DNA of 64,000 nt from Myxococcota bacterium (GCA_049322255.1 JBMORE010000162.1:1-64000); one strand, 5' to 3'; positions 50,179 through 59,994 are shown, numbered from the stretch's first letter. A program made the numbers and translations. The notes: generated by a model not told the origin, from the sequence alone.

Positions 50179-51261
50179 ATGCCCAAGTTCGAGGTGCACA
50201 TTCCCGCGGCCGAGGTCAGCGAGTTCAACGTCACCCTCAAAGTCGACGCCGACAACTGGATGGCGGCGCTCAAGACCGGCATGCACAAGCTCGGGGAGCA
50301 GGGGGCCTCGGTGCAGAACGTGCTGGTCGACATTCAGGAGGACAACTCCATCCACGTCACCGAGTCGAGCTCAGGGCGGGTGTTTCGCATTCGCGAGCTC
50401 TCCGACGCTGAAGCCGCCGCCGCTTCGGTGAAGAAGCCGCCCGTGCTCTCGGCGCCGCCACCTTCCGCCCGCACCTTCCCTTGGGGCAGCTCGGCCACCC
50501 AGCCCGCCCGTCCTCGCTCGGTGCACGAGGCGGTCACCGAGCCGAACCACAAAGTGATCGCCGAGCCCGACACGCTCCCGCCGTCGCCGGCCGCGACGCT
50601 GCCCGGAGTCCACCCTGAGCTGCTGAAGCCGACCCCCACCCGCATCATCGAGCGCGCCCGCCGCCACGAGCCAGACGAGGTGGTCGAGCTGGAAAAGCCC
50701 ACCCAGCCGGTGCTGGGCTCCATCGGGCGCCCCAAGCCAACCAAGAAGGGTGCCCAGGAGGACATCGAAGACGTCCTCGCCGAGGTCTTCGACCAAGTGC
50801 AGAACGTCTACGGCAAGAAGACCGAGGAGGAGGCGCTCTACTTCCTGCTCGACTTGGCGCTGCAGAAGATTCCTGCCGAATCAGGGACGGTCTATCGCGC
50901 CGACGCGACTACCGGCGACTTGAGCTTCGCCGCCGTCCGAGGTCCCAAGGCCAAGGAGCTGCTCGCCGCCAGGGTGATCGTCCCCTCGGGCACCGGCATC
51001 GCCGGTTTCGCCGCCAACGAGGGCGTGTCGGTGGCCGTCTCCGACGTGGAGAAAGACTCGCGCTTCTACGCCGCCATCTCGGAGAAGCTGAAGTACGAGG
51101 TGAAGTCGATCTTGTGCTCGCCGATGATGACCCACGGGCGCACCTTCGGCTGCCTGCAGTTGCTCAACAAGAGCGGCTCGGCGGTGTTCAGCGCGCACGA
51201 AGTGGGCCTGCTCTCCTATGTGGCCCACCAGGCGGCGCTGTTCCTCAACTCGCGGCTCTGA
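50179..51261 (+). CDS. GAF-domain protein with small N-terminal domain
   Basis: GIAGF, DVEKDSRF, SILCSPM, GCLQLLNK...F...E (NKFDE-type GAF). Confidence 0.85.
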   Translation: MPKFEVHIPAAEVSEFNVTLKVDADNWMAALKTGMHKLGEQGASVQNVLVDIQEDNSIHVTESSSGRVFRIRELSDAEAAAASVKKPPVLSAPPPSARTFPWGSSATQPARPRSVHEAVTEPNHKVIAEPDTLPPSPAATLPGVHPELLKPTPTRIIERARRHEPDEVVELEKPTQPVLGSIGRPKPTKKGAQEDIEDVLAEVFDQVQNVYGKKTEEEALYFLLDLALQKIPAESGTVYRADATTGDLSFAAVRGPKAKELLAARVIVPSGTGIAGFAANEGVSVAVSDVEKDSRFYAAISEKLKYEVKSILCSPMMTHGRTFGCLQLLNKSGSAVFSAHEVGLLSYVAHQAALFLNSRL

Positions 51262-51271
51262 GGCGCACAGC

Positions 51272-51931
51272 ATGCCCCCCCGGACTACTTGTCTTTGTCT
51301 TCTCTTGGCCGGTTCAGCTGCGCACGCTCAGATGCCTGCGGCGACGTCGAACGAAGCGCCCAGCCCGTCGGCCGTGGTTTGGGCCTACCCCTTGTCCACG
51401 CCATTTTTCGGCGCGATTGCTCTCAGCCGCCTGGTAGGGCCCGTGTGGCAAATCCCTATCGGAGCAAATTTCTCCGTCGGCCCCGACTGGAGCCTTGCCA
51501 TCGAGGCAGCGTTCACCCGAGGCACCGTCAACGACGCCTGCTCGACCTGCCTGTTATGGGGCGTGACGGCGGCGATTGGACCTTCGTGGTCGGTATCAGG
51601 GCGCGGGCTGGAGGGGTGGTTCGTTCAACCCAAGTTCCTCATCGGGTATGCGGAGCCTCGCGGCTGGGGGATAGCCAGTCTCGCGCCCAGCGGCGAACCA
51701 CTCGCGTTTTCGCCGACGCGAACGGTGGATTTTCAGCTTGGCATCGACGTCGGCTACCACCTACGGTTCGGTCGGCTTTACATGGCTCCAGTGATGGGGG
51801 CCAGCGCTGGCTGGTGCATCGACTGCGGCGGCCCCTTCGCTTCGGGGGCGCTCGGGCCTAACGCGCAGCAGCGACACTCTTTCGTCGCTGGGCTCAACGT
51901 CAATTTGCTTCGCCTCGGAGCGATCTTCTGA
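51272..51931 (+). CDS. Secreted/outer-membrane beta-strand protein
   Basis: Signal peptide AHA; alternating hydrophobic strands; C-terminal LRLGAIF ending in Phe. Confidence 0.55.
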   Translation: MPPRTTCLCLLLAGSAAHAQMPAATSNEAPSPSAVVWAYPLSTPFFGAIALSRLVGPVWQIPIGANFSVGPDWSLAIEAAFTRGTVNDACSTCLLWGVTAAIGPSWSVSGRGLEGWFVQPKFLIGYAEPRGWGIASLAPSGEPLAFSPTRTVDFQLGIDVGYHLRFGRLYMAPVMGASAGWCIDCGGPFASGALGPNAQQRHSFVAGLNVNLLRLGAIF

Positions 51932-51968
51932 CACGGGTGGACACCCAACCCGTTGGTTGCGCCATCGG

Positions 51969-52976
51969 TCACTTGCACACTTCGCGCACGACGACGGTGG
52001 CGTAGCTACCCGCTGGGAGGGTGAACGATAGGCGCAGGTCCGCTCCTTCGACCTCCAACTCGAGCTGGTCGAGCTTCACCCGGTAATGGCGCCGGGCGCC
52101 CTGGGTTTCTGTCTTGCCGCGGCGGAAGTCTTCGAAGGCGAGGCCCTCCTCTTCGAGCAGCCGCGCCTCGGCCTCGGCCACCGCGCCTTCCGCCCGCGTC
52201 ATCTTCGGGCCGAACATCGGCCCCGCCGGGCTCACCTCGAAGCGATCCACCCTCCCCTGCTCCACCGCCGGCTCTTCGCAGACGAATTCTCCCCCGGTGT
52301 CGTGCTTCTTCAACACCTCGCCTGGGAGCGCGGTGGCGAAAGTGCCCGCCTCGAGGCGGCCGGCCAGCGCGCGGTTGAACAGCTCCGACTGCGCCGCCGA
52401 CAGGTAAAGCCGCCGCTCGAAGCGTCCGCCGCCGGCGAGGCGCTCCCCTCGGAGCATGCGGAAACCCTTCACCGCGTTGTCTTGCTGCCGCCCGAAACGC
52501 TGCTCGCCGAAGTAATTGGGCACGCCGACGTCGGCGAGTCGTTGCACCACCGCGCGCGCGGCGTCCACGTTACGCACCTCGCGCAGCCGCAGCCGGAAGC
52601 GGTTGGCCTTCAGGTGACCGGTCTTCAGCTTGTTGCGGTGCCGGGCCGCTCGAAGCAACGTCATCTGAGGCTGCACGAAGGATGCGGCCAGCGGCTCGGC
52701 GCGCGCAGGAACGCAGAAAAACTGCCGCGTCACCGCCTGCCGGTCTTTCATCCCCGCATAGCTCACCTCCCGCTCGGAGACCCCGAAGTGCGCCGCCAAC
52801 ACACCCGCCGCCTCGGGAGTCGACAGCGCACGTTTTTCCACCCACAAGAAGAGGTGCTCTCCCTCGCCGCAAGGCGTGTAGGCCGGCACCTCCTCGACCT
52901 CGAAGTCTTCGGGAACGGCCTTGAAAAGCCCGCCGGCGCCGGGGAGGTGGGCGGTGAGGTACGGCAGCGGCTTCAG
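51969..52976 (-). CDS. truD: tRNA pseudouridine-13 synthase
   Basis: PEDFEVEE, GEGEH, YAGMKDRQAVTRQ, PNYFGEQRFG, GSYAT; probable CTG start. Confidence 0.93.
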   Translation of the reverse strand: MKPLPYLTAHLPGAGGLFKAVPEDFEVEEVPAYTPCGEGEHLFLWVEKRALSTPEAAGVLAAHFGVSEREVSYAGMKDRQAVTRQFFCVPARAEPLAASFVQPQMTLLRAARHRNKLKTGHLKANRFRLRLREVRNVDAARAVVQRLADVGVPNYFGEQRFGRQQDNAVKGFRMLRGERLAGGGRFERRLYLSAAQSELFNRALAGRLEAGTFATALPGEVLKKHDTGGEFVCEEPAVEQGRVDRFEVSPAGPMFGPKMTRAEGAVAEAEARLLEEEGLAFEDFRRGKTETQGARRHYRVKLDQLELEVEGADLRLSFTLPAGSYATVVVREVCK

Positions 52977-54256
52977 CGTTGCTCCAGGGTGGCGAGCAGC
53001 TCCTTGACCCGCCGTGCCAGATCCTCGTCGGCGCGCGACTCGAGCAGCTCGCCCGCTTGGAACAGGAGGAAGAACATCACGTCGGAGAGCGCCTGCTTGA
53101 ACGCGCCCAACGGCTCGCTGCCCAGCTCGGCCTTCACCTTCTCGAACTGGGCGATGAGCTCGTCCTCCGGGAGGCTGCCATCGGGCGAAAGCTCGAGCCC
53201 TTGGAGCACCGGCGAGGCCGTCAGCCCCTGGCCAGCGAGGGCGGCGTTGGCGGCGTCGATGAGCTCGCGCTCCAAGCCCTGTTTGGCGACCTCGCTGCGA
53301 ATCTCGGCGAAGACGACGTTGAACACCTGCGCGGTGGCGCGAGGCAGATCCTCGACCGGAACGGGGGCGGGGTGCTCGGTGGGCCCTGTGGCCACTGCCC
53401 GCTCGGAGACCTGCGCGTAGCCGCCCTCGAGCAACCGGTACACCGCGCGGGTGACGTCGAACTCCGAGAGCTTCGCCGCCTGCCCCAGCTCGAGCACCGT
53501 CTTCTGCCCGTCGCACAGGCCCAAGACCCGGTCCTCGTCCTTCTCCAGCGAGCCGTCGGAAGCGCGCTTTTTCGCCACGTACACCCGCCCGTGGGGAATG
53601 CGCTTTCGAAAGTGCGCCATCTCGTCGATCTTGCGGATGGAGTCCATCAGCAAGCTCTGCATCGACAGGTTGAGGGTGTGCAGCGACTTCTCTTCCAGCT
53701 CCTGCTCGATGAGGAAGAAGACGCCCTCTTTGCACAAAACCATGGCGTGGAAGATTTCGCTCACCTGCTCGGTGAGGCACTTGAAGAGGTCGTGCGCCTG
53801 CAAGACCCCTTTTTCCACCAGCGCCCGCCCTACCTTCGACGGCGGGGTGCTGTCGAGCAGCGCGTCGAGCCGTTCGCGGGTGACGTAACCCAGCCGCACC
53901 ATCACCTCACCGATGCGGTCTTCGGGTGAGTCGCTCGCCGCGCCGCGGACCTCTCCCTCCCGCAAGAAAATCGAGCGATCGCCGCTGGGCGACTGCACCC
54001 GCACCACCCCCGACCAACGCGACTGGCCGAGGAAGGCGATGAGGTCTGACACCGGAAAGCCACCTGCGTCGCCACAGAGCACCACCCGCGGCGCGGAGGA
54101 CTTCGCCCCCGAGGGAGGCGTGCGCACGAAGCACAAGAGGTCGGGGGTGGTCGGCGCGAGCAGGAAGTTCCCCGTGCGGGTGCCGAGCAACTTTCTCGCT
54201 TCGGCGTCCGACGGGGTGACGTTGCCGTGGCCGTCGACTGTGAAGCGCGCGTCCAC
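52973..54256 (-). CDS. DUF4388-domain protein
   Basis: GDxxxFPVSDLIAFL...SG, GEVRGAAS, RIGEVMVRLG, DxxRxxDE pattern. Confidence 0.75.
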   Translation of the reverse strand: MDARFTVDGHGNVTPSDAEARKLLGTRTGNFLLAPTTPDLLCFVRTPPSGAKSSAPRVVLCGDAGGFPVSDLIAFLGQSRWSGVVRVQSPSGDRSIFLREGEVRGAASDSPEDRIGEVMVRLGYVTRERLDALLDSTPPSKVGRALVEKGVLQAHDLFKCLTEQVSEIFHAMVLCKEGVFFLIEQELEEKSLHTLNLSMQSLLMDSIRKIDEMAHFRKRIPHGRVYVAKKRASDGSLEKDEDRVLGLCDGQKTVLELGQAAKLSEFDVTRAVYRLLEGGYAQVSERAVATGPTEHPAPVPVEDLPRATAQVFNVVFAEIRSEVAKQGLERELIDAANAALAGQGLTASPVLQGLELSPDGSLPEDELIAQFEKVKAELGSEPLGAFKQALSDVMFFLLFQAGELLESRADEDLARRVKELLATLEQR

Positions 54257-55195
54257 TTAATCGGCCGCCCAGGCGTTGCCGTGGGTCGTCCACTCCAGCT
54301 CGTCCCCCACGGTGTGGACGAGCACCTCGGGGTTGATTCCCAAAGTGAGCTTGCGGCCGTTGACGTACACCGACGGTGTCGACTCCACCCCCGCGCCCCT
54401 GCCCTGCTCTCTGGACGCCGAAATCTCCTCGACGTACTTGCCCGAGTCGATGGCCTTCTTCAGCGCCGCCCCGTCGAGGCCGAGCTTCACTCCCAACCGC
54501 ACGATGGTGGGGACATCGAGGCTCGTCTGGTTCTCGAAGAGGGCGTCGTGCATCTGCCAGAACTTGCCCTGGTCGCGGGCGAACAGCGCCGCCTGGGCCG
54601 CGGGGAGGGAATGCGGGTGTCCCGGCAGCGGGTACGGCCGATAACACACCCGGGCTCCCTTGGCCCGCTCGAGCGCCTCTTTGAGCATCGGCACCGCGGC
54701 GGCGCAGTAGGGGCACTCGAAGTCGGAGAACTCCACCAGGGTGATTTTCGCGTCCTTCTCGCCCAGGCAGAGCCGCTCGTCGAGGGTGAAGGTGTGCCGC
54801 TTTTCCCGGAAGGAGAGGTAGTAGCGGGAGAGCGCGACGATGATCTCCACCGCCGGAGCTCCAGCCGCGGCTTCTGCGCCGGCGAGCAGCGCCATCTTGC
54901 GCGCGTGCTTGCACTCGGTGTGCTGCCGCAGGCACCCCCCCAGGGTGTGGGGACAGCCGCAGTAGCAGAACTCGTCGGTGAACACGGTGGAAAGCTCGCG
55001 CTGCGCCGGGGCGGGCAGCACGGAGAAGTCGAGCCCGGGGATGCCGGCGAGCACCTGCGACCTCTGGTCGTCCACAGGCGGCGGAGCCGGCTTGGACGCT
55101 GGGGTGGCCGGCCCCGCGTGGGCGGTGCCGTTCTTGGTGCAGGCCGCTGCGGCGAGGAGCGCCAGCGCGAGCCATCTGCGCGGGAAGGTGTCCAA
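54257..55195 (-). CDS. DsbA/thioredoxin-fold lipoprotein with extra CYCGC domain
   Basis: Lipobox AAAC; FCYCGCPH; EFSDFECPYC; STP cis-Pro. Confidence 0.85.
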   Translation of the reverse strand: MDTFPRRWLALALLAAAACTKNGTAHAGPATPASKPAPPPVDDQRSQVLAGIPGLDFSVLPAPAQRELSTVFTDEFCYCGCPHTLGGCLRQHTECKHARKMALLAGAEAAAGAPAVEIIVALSRYYLSFREKRHTFTLDERLCLGEKDAKITLVEFSDFECPYCAAAVPMLKEALERAKGARVCYRPYPLPGHPHSLPAAQAALFARDQGKFWQMHDALFENQTSLDVPTIVRLGVKLGLDGAALKKAIDSGKYVEEISASREQGRGAGVESTPSVYVNGRKLTLGINPEVLVHTVGDELEWTTHGNAWAAD

Positions 55196-55207
55196 ACCTC
55201 GGGCGTT

Positions 55208-55700
55208 CTAGCCACCGCGCTCTGGCTTGTCTAGAAGGCCCCAAGGAGAGGGGTTCTTCCGCAGCAAGGGAACCGGGTCGACCGCCCGCACGCCCGACAG
55301 CCCGAGGCGATAGACGCCGAAGTGCAGGTGCGGCGGCGTGGAGCGCGCGTTGCCGGTATTGCCCACGGTGCCCAACAGCTGACCGGGCACCACCCGATGT
55401 CCGCGGGAAAGCCCCGGCGCCCACTGGTCGAGGTGCGCGTAGTAATAAAAGGCCGGGCCTTCGCCGAGCACGGTCACCACCCTCCCGCCGAGCGAGTCGT
55501 TGCCCACCTTCCATATCGTGCCGTGCACCGCTGACCGCACCGCGGTGCCCCGGGGAGCGAAGATGTCAGCTCCCTGGTGCCGGCGGCCCCCCGAGCGTGG
55601 AGCATGCCAGGTGCTGCATAAGTCGACGCGCCGTACCCCACAGCAGGCGTGCCGTCGAGGTACTGCTTGGCAGGTGCCAACCGCATCCGCAGCGACGGCG
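55208..55700 (-). pseudogene. M23 metallopeptidase with disrupted or uncertain 5' end
   Basis: HQGAD, YYYAHL, GNTGNA, HLH motifs intact; no plausible in-frame start or signal peptide; 5' boundary approximate. Confidence 0.6.
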
Positions 55701-55828
55701 GCGCTGCCCTTTCGGCGACGCTCGGAGGCCAGGCGCTGGCCCCTCCGCGGCCCGCAACGTGACACCTCGGGCACTCGGCGCGAACGGGCTCCTTGCGCCA
55801 AGTGGTCACGAGTGACTATTTTGTCTCC

Positions 55829-56137
55829 ATGCGCGTGGTGAACATCAAAGAGCTCAAAGCTCGGCTCAGCGCCTATCTGCGCGAAGTCGACCGCGGCGAG
55901 GAGTTTCTGGTCACTGACCGAAGCCGCGTCGTCGCCCGGCTGGCCCCGCCCCGCTTCGAATCGTCTGCGCAGGCAGGCAAGGTAAGCGAAGTGCTCGGTC
56001 AGCTCGCTGCTCAGGGCGCGCGGCTCCCCCTTCGAGAAAGACGGCCCACCGATTATCGACGCAGCGGCGCCGGGCCGGGGCTGTCCACCAAGGAAATCGA
56101 CGAGCTCGTCGACTGGGTTCGGCAGGAACCCAGATGA
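55829..56137 (+). CDS. Phd/YefM-family antitoxin
   Basis: MRVVNIKELKARLSAYLREV..GE...VTDR...VARL. Confidence 0.9.
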   Translation: MRVVNIKELKARLSAYLREVDRGEEFLVTDRSRVVARLAPPRFESSAQAGKVSEVLGQLAAQGARLPLRERRPTDYRRSGAGPGLSTKEIDELVDWVRQEPR

Positions 56138-56556
56138 ATCTCTACCTCGAGTCGAGCGCGGCCCTTCGCGATCTGCTCGAGGGGGATGAGGCCCAGGCCA
56201 TCCGGGCTTTGCTTGGCAAGGCGCAGCTGGTCGCGACCTCTCGCCTGACGTTGAGCGAGGTCGGGCGAGTGCTCGCGCGGCTCAGAGTGCTCGATCCGCA
56301 GGCGGCGGCGCGGGCTTCGGTCCGTGAATCCGAGTTTGAGAGTGAGACCGAGCTGTGGGTGGTGCAGCCGGTCGACGAGCCTATCTGGGAGCGGTGCCGC
56401 CGTCCGTTCCCCGCGGAGCCGGTGCGATTGCTGGACGCGGTCCACCTGGCGACAATCGAAAAGCTCGGTGGGTTGCTCCCCGGGCTGACGATTCTTTCGA
56501 CGGACGAGCGGGTGCGTCGCAACGCCTCGGCGTTGGGATTCGACGTCCGCCCCTGA
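56134..56556 (+). CDS. vapC: VapC/PIN toxin
   Basis: LYLESSA, SEV, LDAVHLATI, STDER; ATGA overlap. Confidence 0.85.
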   Translation: MNLYLESSAALRDLLEGDEAQAIRALLGKAQLVATSRLTLSEVGRVLARLRVLDPQAAARASVRESEFESETELWVVQPVDEPIWERCRRPFPAEPVRLLDAVHLATIEKLGGLLPGLTILSTDERVRRNASALGFDVRP

Positions 56557-56620
56557 AAGTGGCCCAAGGAGCATCGTCCTTGCGGGATGCAATCACGCGC
56601 CTTTAAGATGCCGTCCCAGC

Positions 56621-57532
56621 ATGTCCGAGGAAAAAACGTCGGTACAAGCCATCACCGACCTGCTGGGGAAGTCGCGCCAACAGAACGCATACCTCATCAC
56701 CTTGAGCGCCAAGCTGGCGGCGATGATCGGCCGCATGTTCAAGCTGGAGATCGCGGAGGTCGTTCTCGGCCGCAGCTCCGACGCCACCGTCCAGGTCGAA
56801 GACGACGGCATCTCCCGCAAGCACTGCAAGGTCATTCTCGGACCCAACGGGCATTTCCAGTTGGTGGACCTAGGCTCGACCAACGGCACCTATCTGAACG
56901 GCATTCGGGTGAGCATGGCCACCCTGCAAGACGGCGACAAGATTCAGATCGGTTCCAACACCGTGCTGAAGTTCTCTCTCCAAGACCAGTTGGAGGAGCA
57001 GTACCAGCGCGCCGTCTACGAGTCGGCCACCCGCGACGGGCTGACCCGCATCTTCAACAAGAAGTACTTCCTCGACACCTTGCGCAAGGAGTTCGCCTAC
57101 TGCCTGCGCCACCGGGTCGCGCTTTCCCTGGTGATGTTCGATGTCGATCACTTCAAGAAGATCAACGACACCTACGGCCACCCCGCCGGCGACTACGTGC
57201 TCTCGCGAATCGCCCAGAAGGTGAGCGACATCATTCGCACCGAAGACTTGTTCGCGCGCTACGGCGGCGAGGAGTTCGCGCTCATGCTGCGCGAGTCGGC
57301 GGAGGAGAAGGCGCTCATCTGCGCCGAACGCTGCCGCAAGGCGGTGGAGAAGGCCGACTTCAACTTCCAGGGCACGCCGATCAAAGTCACCATCAGCCTG
57401 GGGGTGGCCACGCTGCTCGACTCCGACTTCGCCCAGCCCGAAGACTTGATCGCTTCGGCGGACAAGTACCTCTACCGGGCGAAAAAGGCAGGCCGTAACC
57501 GGGTCGACGGCAAGGCGGTGAGCGGCCCTTAG
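56621..57532 (+). CDS. FHA + GGDEF diguanylate cyclase
   Basis: FHA GR...SRKH...STNGT; DVDHFKKINDTYGH; RTED I-site; GGEEF. Confidence 0.93.
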   Translation: MSEEKTSVQAITDLLGKSRQQNAYLITLSAKLAAMIGRMFKLEIAEVVLGRSSDATVQVEDDGISRKHCKVILGPNGHFQLVDLGSTNGTYLNGIRVSMATLQDGDKIQIGSNTVLKFSLQDQLEEQYQRAVYESATRDGLTRIFNKKYFLDTLRKEFAYCLRHRVALSLVMFDVDHFKKINDTYGHPAGDYVLSRIAQKVSDIIRTEDLFARYGGEEFALMLRESAEEKALICAERCRKAVEKADFNFQGTPIKVTISLGVATLLDSDFAQPEDLIASADKYLYRAKKAGRNRVDGKAVSGP

Positions 57533-57539
57533 TCGGAAT

Positions 57540-57569
57540 GCGGACAGGATCTGGCTGTTCGCTTTTTTT
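57540..57569 (+). terminator. Intrinsic terminator
   Basis: GCGGACAG / CTGTTCGC stem followed by T7. Confidence 0.6.
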
Positions 57570-57575
57570 AGGTCC

Positions 57576-58346
57576 ATGCCCAAGCGCCCCCTGCTGAGCT
57601 GCCACGAGGTGGTCTCACCCCGCATCGCCCGGCCGCTCGACGGTCTGCGCATCGCGCAGATCTCCGACCTCCACGTGCGCACCGGAGTGAAGCCCAAGCG
57701 GCTGCACGCAGCGGTGGAGATGATCAACGAGGCCAAGCCGCACTTCTTGGCCCTCACTGGCGACTACGTCTGCCTCTCCCCCCGGCCCCTTCCCAACCTC
57801 ACGGCCGCGCTCAAAGACCTCGCGGTGCCCGCCTACGCCACGTTGGGAAACCATGACCACTGGAGCGGCGCGGCCAAGGTGCGCTCGGCGCTCGAGGCAG
57901 CGGGAGTCCACGTCCTCACCAACGAGCACCGGGTGCTCGACTTCGGCAACACGCCGCTGCACCTCATCGGAGTCGACGACTCGGTGACCGGCCACCACGA
58001 CCCCGAGGCCGCTTTCCGCGGAGTGCCCCAAGGCGCCACCACGGTGGTGCTCTCGCACGACCCCCAGAGCGCCGACTGGCTGGCTCCCTTCCGGCCCGCG
58101 CTCGTTCTGTCGGGCCACACCCACGGCGGGCAGGTGTACTTCCGAAGGCTCACTCCGTTCATCGCCGCGCGCTTGCGCATGAAATACCTCTCCGGCTTCT
58201 TCGAGGTGCAAGGCTCGGTGCTCTTCGTGAACCGCGGGCTGGGCGCGAACGTGCCCCTTCGCTTTCGTGCGCCGGTGGAGGTCGCCTGCCTCACCTTACG
58301 CAGCGGCCCGGCCACCCCGGCGGTCAACCGGGGCCACGCCGCCTAA
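57576..58346 (+). CDS. YkuE-like metallophosphoesterase
   Basis: SDLH, GD, GNHD, SH, GHTHGG. Confidence 0.92.
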   Translation: MPKRPLLSCHEVVSPRIARPLDGLRIAQISDLHVRTGVKPKRLHAAVEMINEAKPHFLALTGDYVCLSPRPLPNLTAALKDLAVPAYATLGNHDHWSGAAKVRSALEAAGVHVLTNEHRVLDFGNTPLHLIGVDDSVTGHHDPEAAFRGVPQGATTVVLSHDPQSADWLAPFRPALVLSGHTHGGQVYFRRLTPFIAARLRMKYLSGFFEVQGSVLFVNRGLGANVPLRFRAPVEVACLTLRSGPATPAVNRGHAA

Positions 58347-59215
58347 GATGGCGCCACGCGACTTTCGGGCAAGGTGCCGTCGAAGAAGAGCACCCGGTTT
58401 CCCCCGCCTCCTTGCGCTTGCTCCAGGCTCGCCTGCGCGTTGCGAGCGAGGTCGGCGAAGGAGCTCTCCCGGCCGACCGTGGCGGCGGCGACCCCCACCG
58501 AGATGGTCGGGCGCAACACCTCTCCTTCGTGTGCCAAGGACGCCTTGCTCACCCGCTCGCAGATGCGCCGCGCGACCACCAGGGCTCCCGCCAAGTCGGT
58601 GTGCGGCATCAGCAACAAAGCCCGCCGGGCCTCGTACTGCACCGGGTAGTCGGTGTCGCGCAGCGAGCGGCGAATCGCCAGCGCCAGCCCGCCCATCAGC
58701 TTGGAGAGCAGCACGCGATCGCCGATGGGCAACGAGTCGAACGCCACCAGCGCCAGCGCCAAGGGAAAACCGTACCGCCGCGCCCGCTTCACCTCGATGA
58801 ACAGCACCTCTTTGAAATGGGCGAAGGTGTAAAAGCCGGTCAACGGGTCGAGAATGCCGTCGCCTGGGCGCGCCGGGGGCGCCTGCTTGTGCGCGAAAAG
58901 CTGCACCCACTCCGACAGCCTCAGCTTCAGGTCGTTGGGGGACAGGGGCAGCGGCACGACGGCGTCGGCGAAGCTCGCCTTGAAGCCTTTGGCCTGCGCG
59001 GCCACCACCAGAGCTTGCGGCAGCCGCGCGCGCACCGCCTTGGCGACCTTCGCCGGCTGCGCCAGCGTCGGCCCCAGCACCACCAGCTGCTCCTTGGTCA
59101 GCGCGGCGGCGTCACGTGCGGCGGAGAGTCTCAAGCCCGCCCGGCGAAGCGCCTGGGCGAGGGGGCGGTGGTGCTTCGTCGACGGCTCCAGCAACGCGGT
59201 ACGGGTCACTTTCAT
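58343..59215 (-). CDS. Degenerate receiver + degenerate GGDEF protein
   Basis: DPLTG, E..RARRY, RDTD I-site, but YEARR in place of GGDEF. Confidence 0.8.
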   Translation of the reverse strand: MKVTRTALLEPSTKHHRPLAQALRRAGLRLSAARDAAALTKEQLVVLGPTLAQPAKVAKAVRARLPQALVVAAQAKGFKASFADAVVPLPLSPNDLKLRLSEWVQLFAHKQAPPARPGDGILDPLTGFYTFAHFKEVLFIEVKRARRYGFPLALALVAFDSLPIGDRVLLSKLMGGLALAIRRSLRDTDYPVQYEARRALLLMPHTDLAGALVVARRICERVSKASLAHEGEVLRPTISVGVAAATVGRESSFADLARNAQASLEQAQGGGGNRVLFFDGTLPESRVAPS

Positions 59216-59334
59216 CGGCTTTGGACCTTACCTTCAATCGAACGCGCCCGCCTTGCGTTTTGCCTGGCCCTGGGCCATACCCCCGCCGTTTCCAAAAACC
59301 AAATTTTTCTACTCCTCTGAAGGAAGGTGTCAGT

Positions 59335-59529
59335 TTGACGGGCATTCGGGTGAAAGACGGCGAGTCGATTGAAGGCGCGCTCAAGCGGTTCAAGAAGGCG
59401 ACCGAGAAGGCGGGCATTCTCTCGGAGATTCGCAAGCGGGAGCACTACGAGAAGCCTTCGGTGAAGCGGAAGAAGAAGGCGCTCGCGGCGAAGAAGCGCG
59501 CGGTGAAGAAGCTGCGCAAGGGCTTCTGA
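59335..59529 (+). CDS. rpsU: 30S ribosomal protein S21
   Basis: [12 protein letters not shown]...[17 protein letters not shown] start with AAGG RBS. Confidence 0.96.
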   Translation: MTGIRVKDGESIEGALKRFKKATEKAGILSEIRKREHYEKPSVKRKKKALAAKKRAVKKLRKGF

Positions 59530-59539
59530 CGGGGGCACC

Positions 59540-59989
59540 ATGGCGCTCAAGGAGCGGATCGACGCCGATCTCAAGGACGCGATGCGCGCGAAAGCCGAGC
59601 TCGATACCTCGGTTTTGCGCATGCTCAAGAGCGCGGTGAAGTACAAAGAGGTCGAGCCGGGCGCCAAGCCGCTCGACGACGCGGGGGTGATGGCGGTCAT
59701 CTCCACCCTCATCAAACAGCGACGCGACTCGGTCGAGCAGTTCAAGCAAGGTGGCCGGCCGGAGCTGGCGCAGAAAGAAGAGCAGGAGATTGCGGTGCTC
59801 CAGCGCTACCTGCCCGCTCAGCTCTCTGCCGCCGAGCTCGCCGCCGAGGTGCAAAAAGCGATCGCCGAGGCCCAGGCGCAAGGCCCCAAGGACATGGGCG
59901 CGGTGATGAAGATTCTCTCTCCGCGGCTCAAGGGCCGCGCCGAGGGCAAGGCCATCTCCGACGAGGTGAAGGCGCAGCTCTCGAAGTAG
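59540..59989 (+). CDS. yqeY: GatB/YqeY domain protein
   Basis: DLKDAMRAK...KQRRDS...YLP...DMGAVM. Confidence 0.93.
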   Translation: MALKERIDADLKDAMRAKAELDTSVLRMLKSAVKYKEVEPGAKPLDDAGVMAVISTLIKQRRDSVEQFKQGGRPELAQKEEQEIAVLQRYLPAQLSAAELAAEVQKAIAEAQAQGPKDMGAVMKILSPRLKGRAEGKAISDEVKAQLSK

Positions 59990-59994
59990 GCGGC

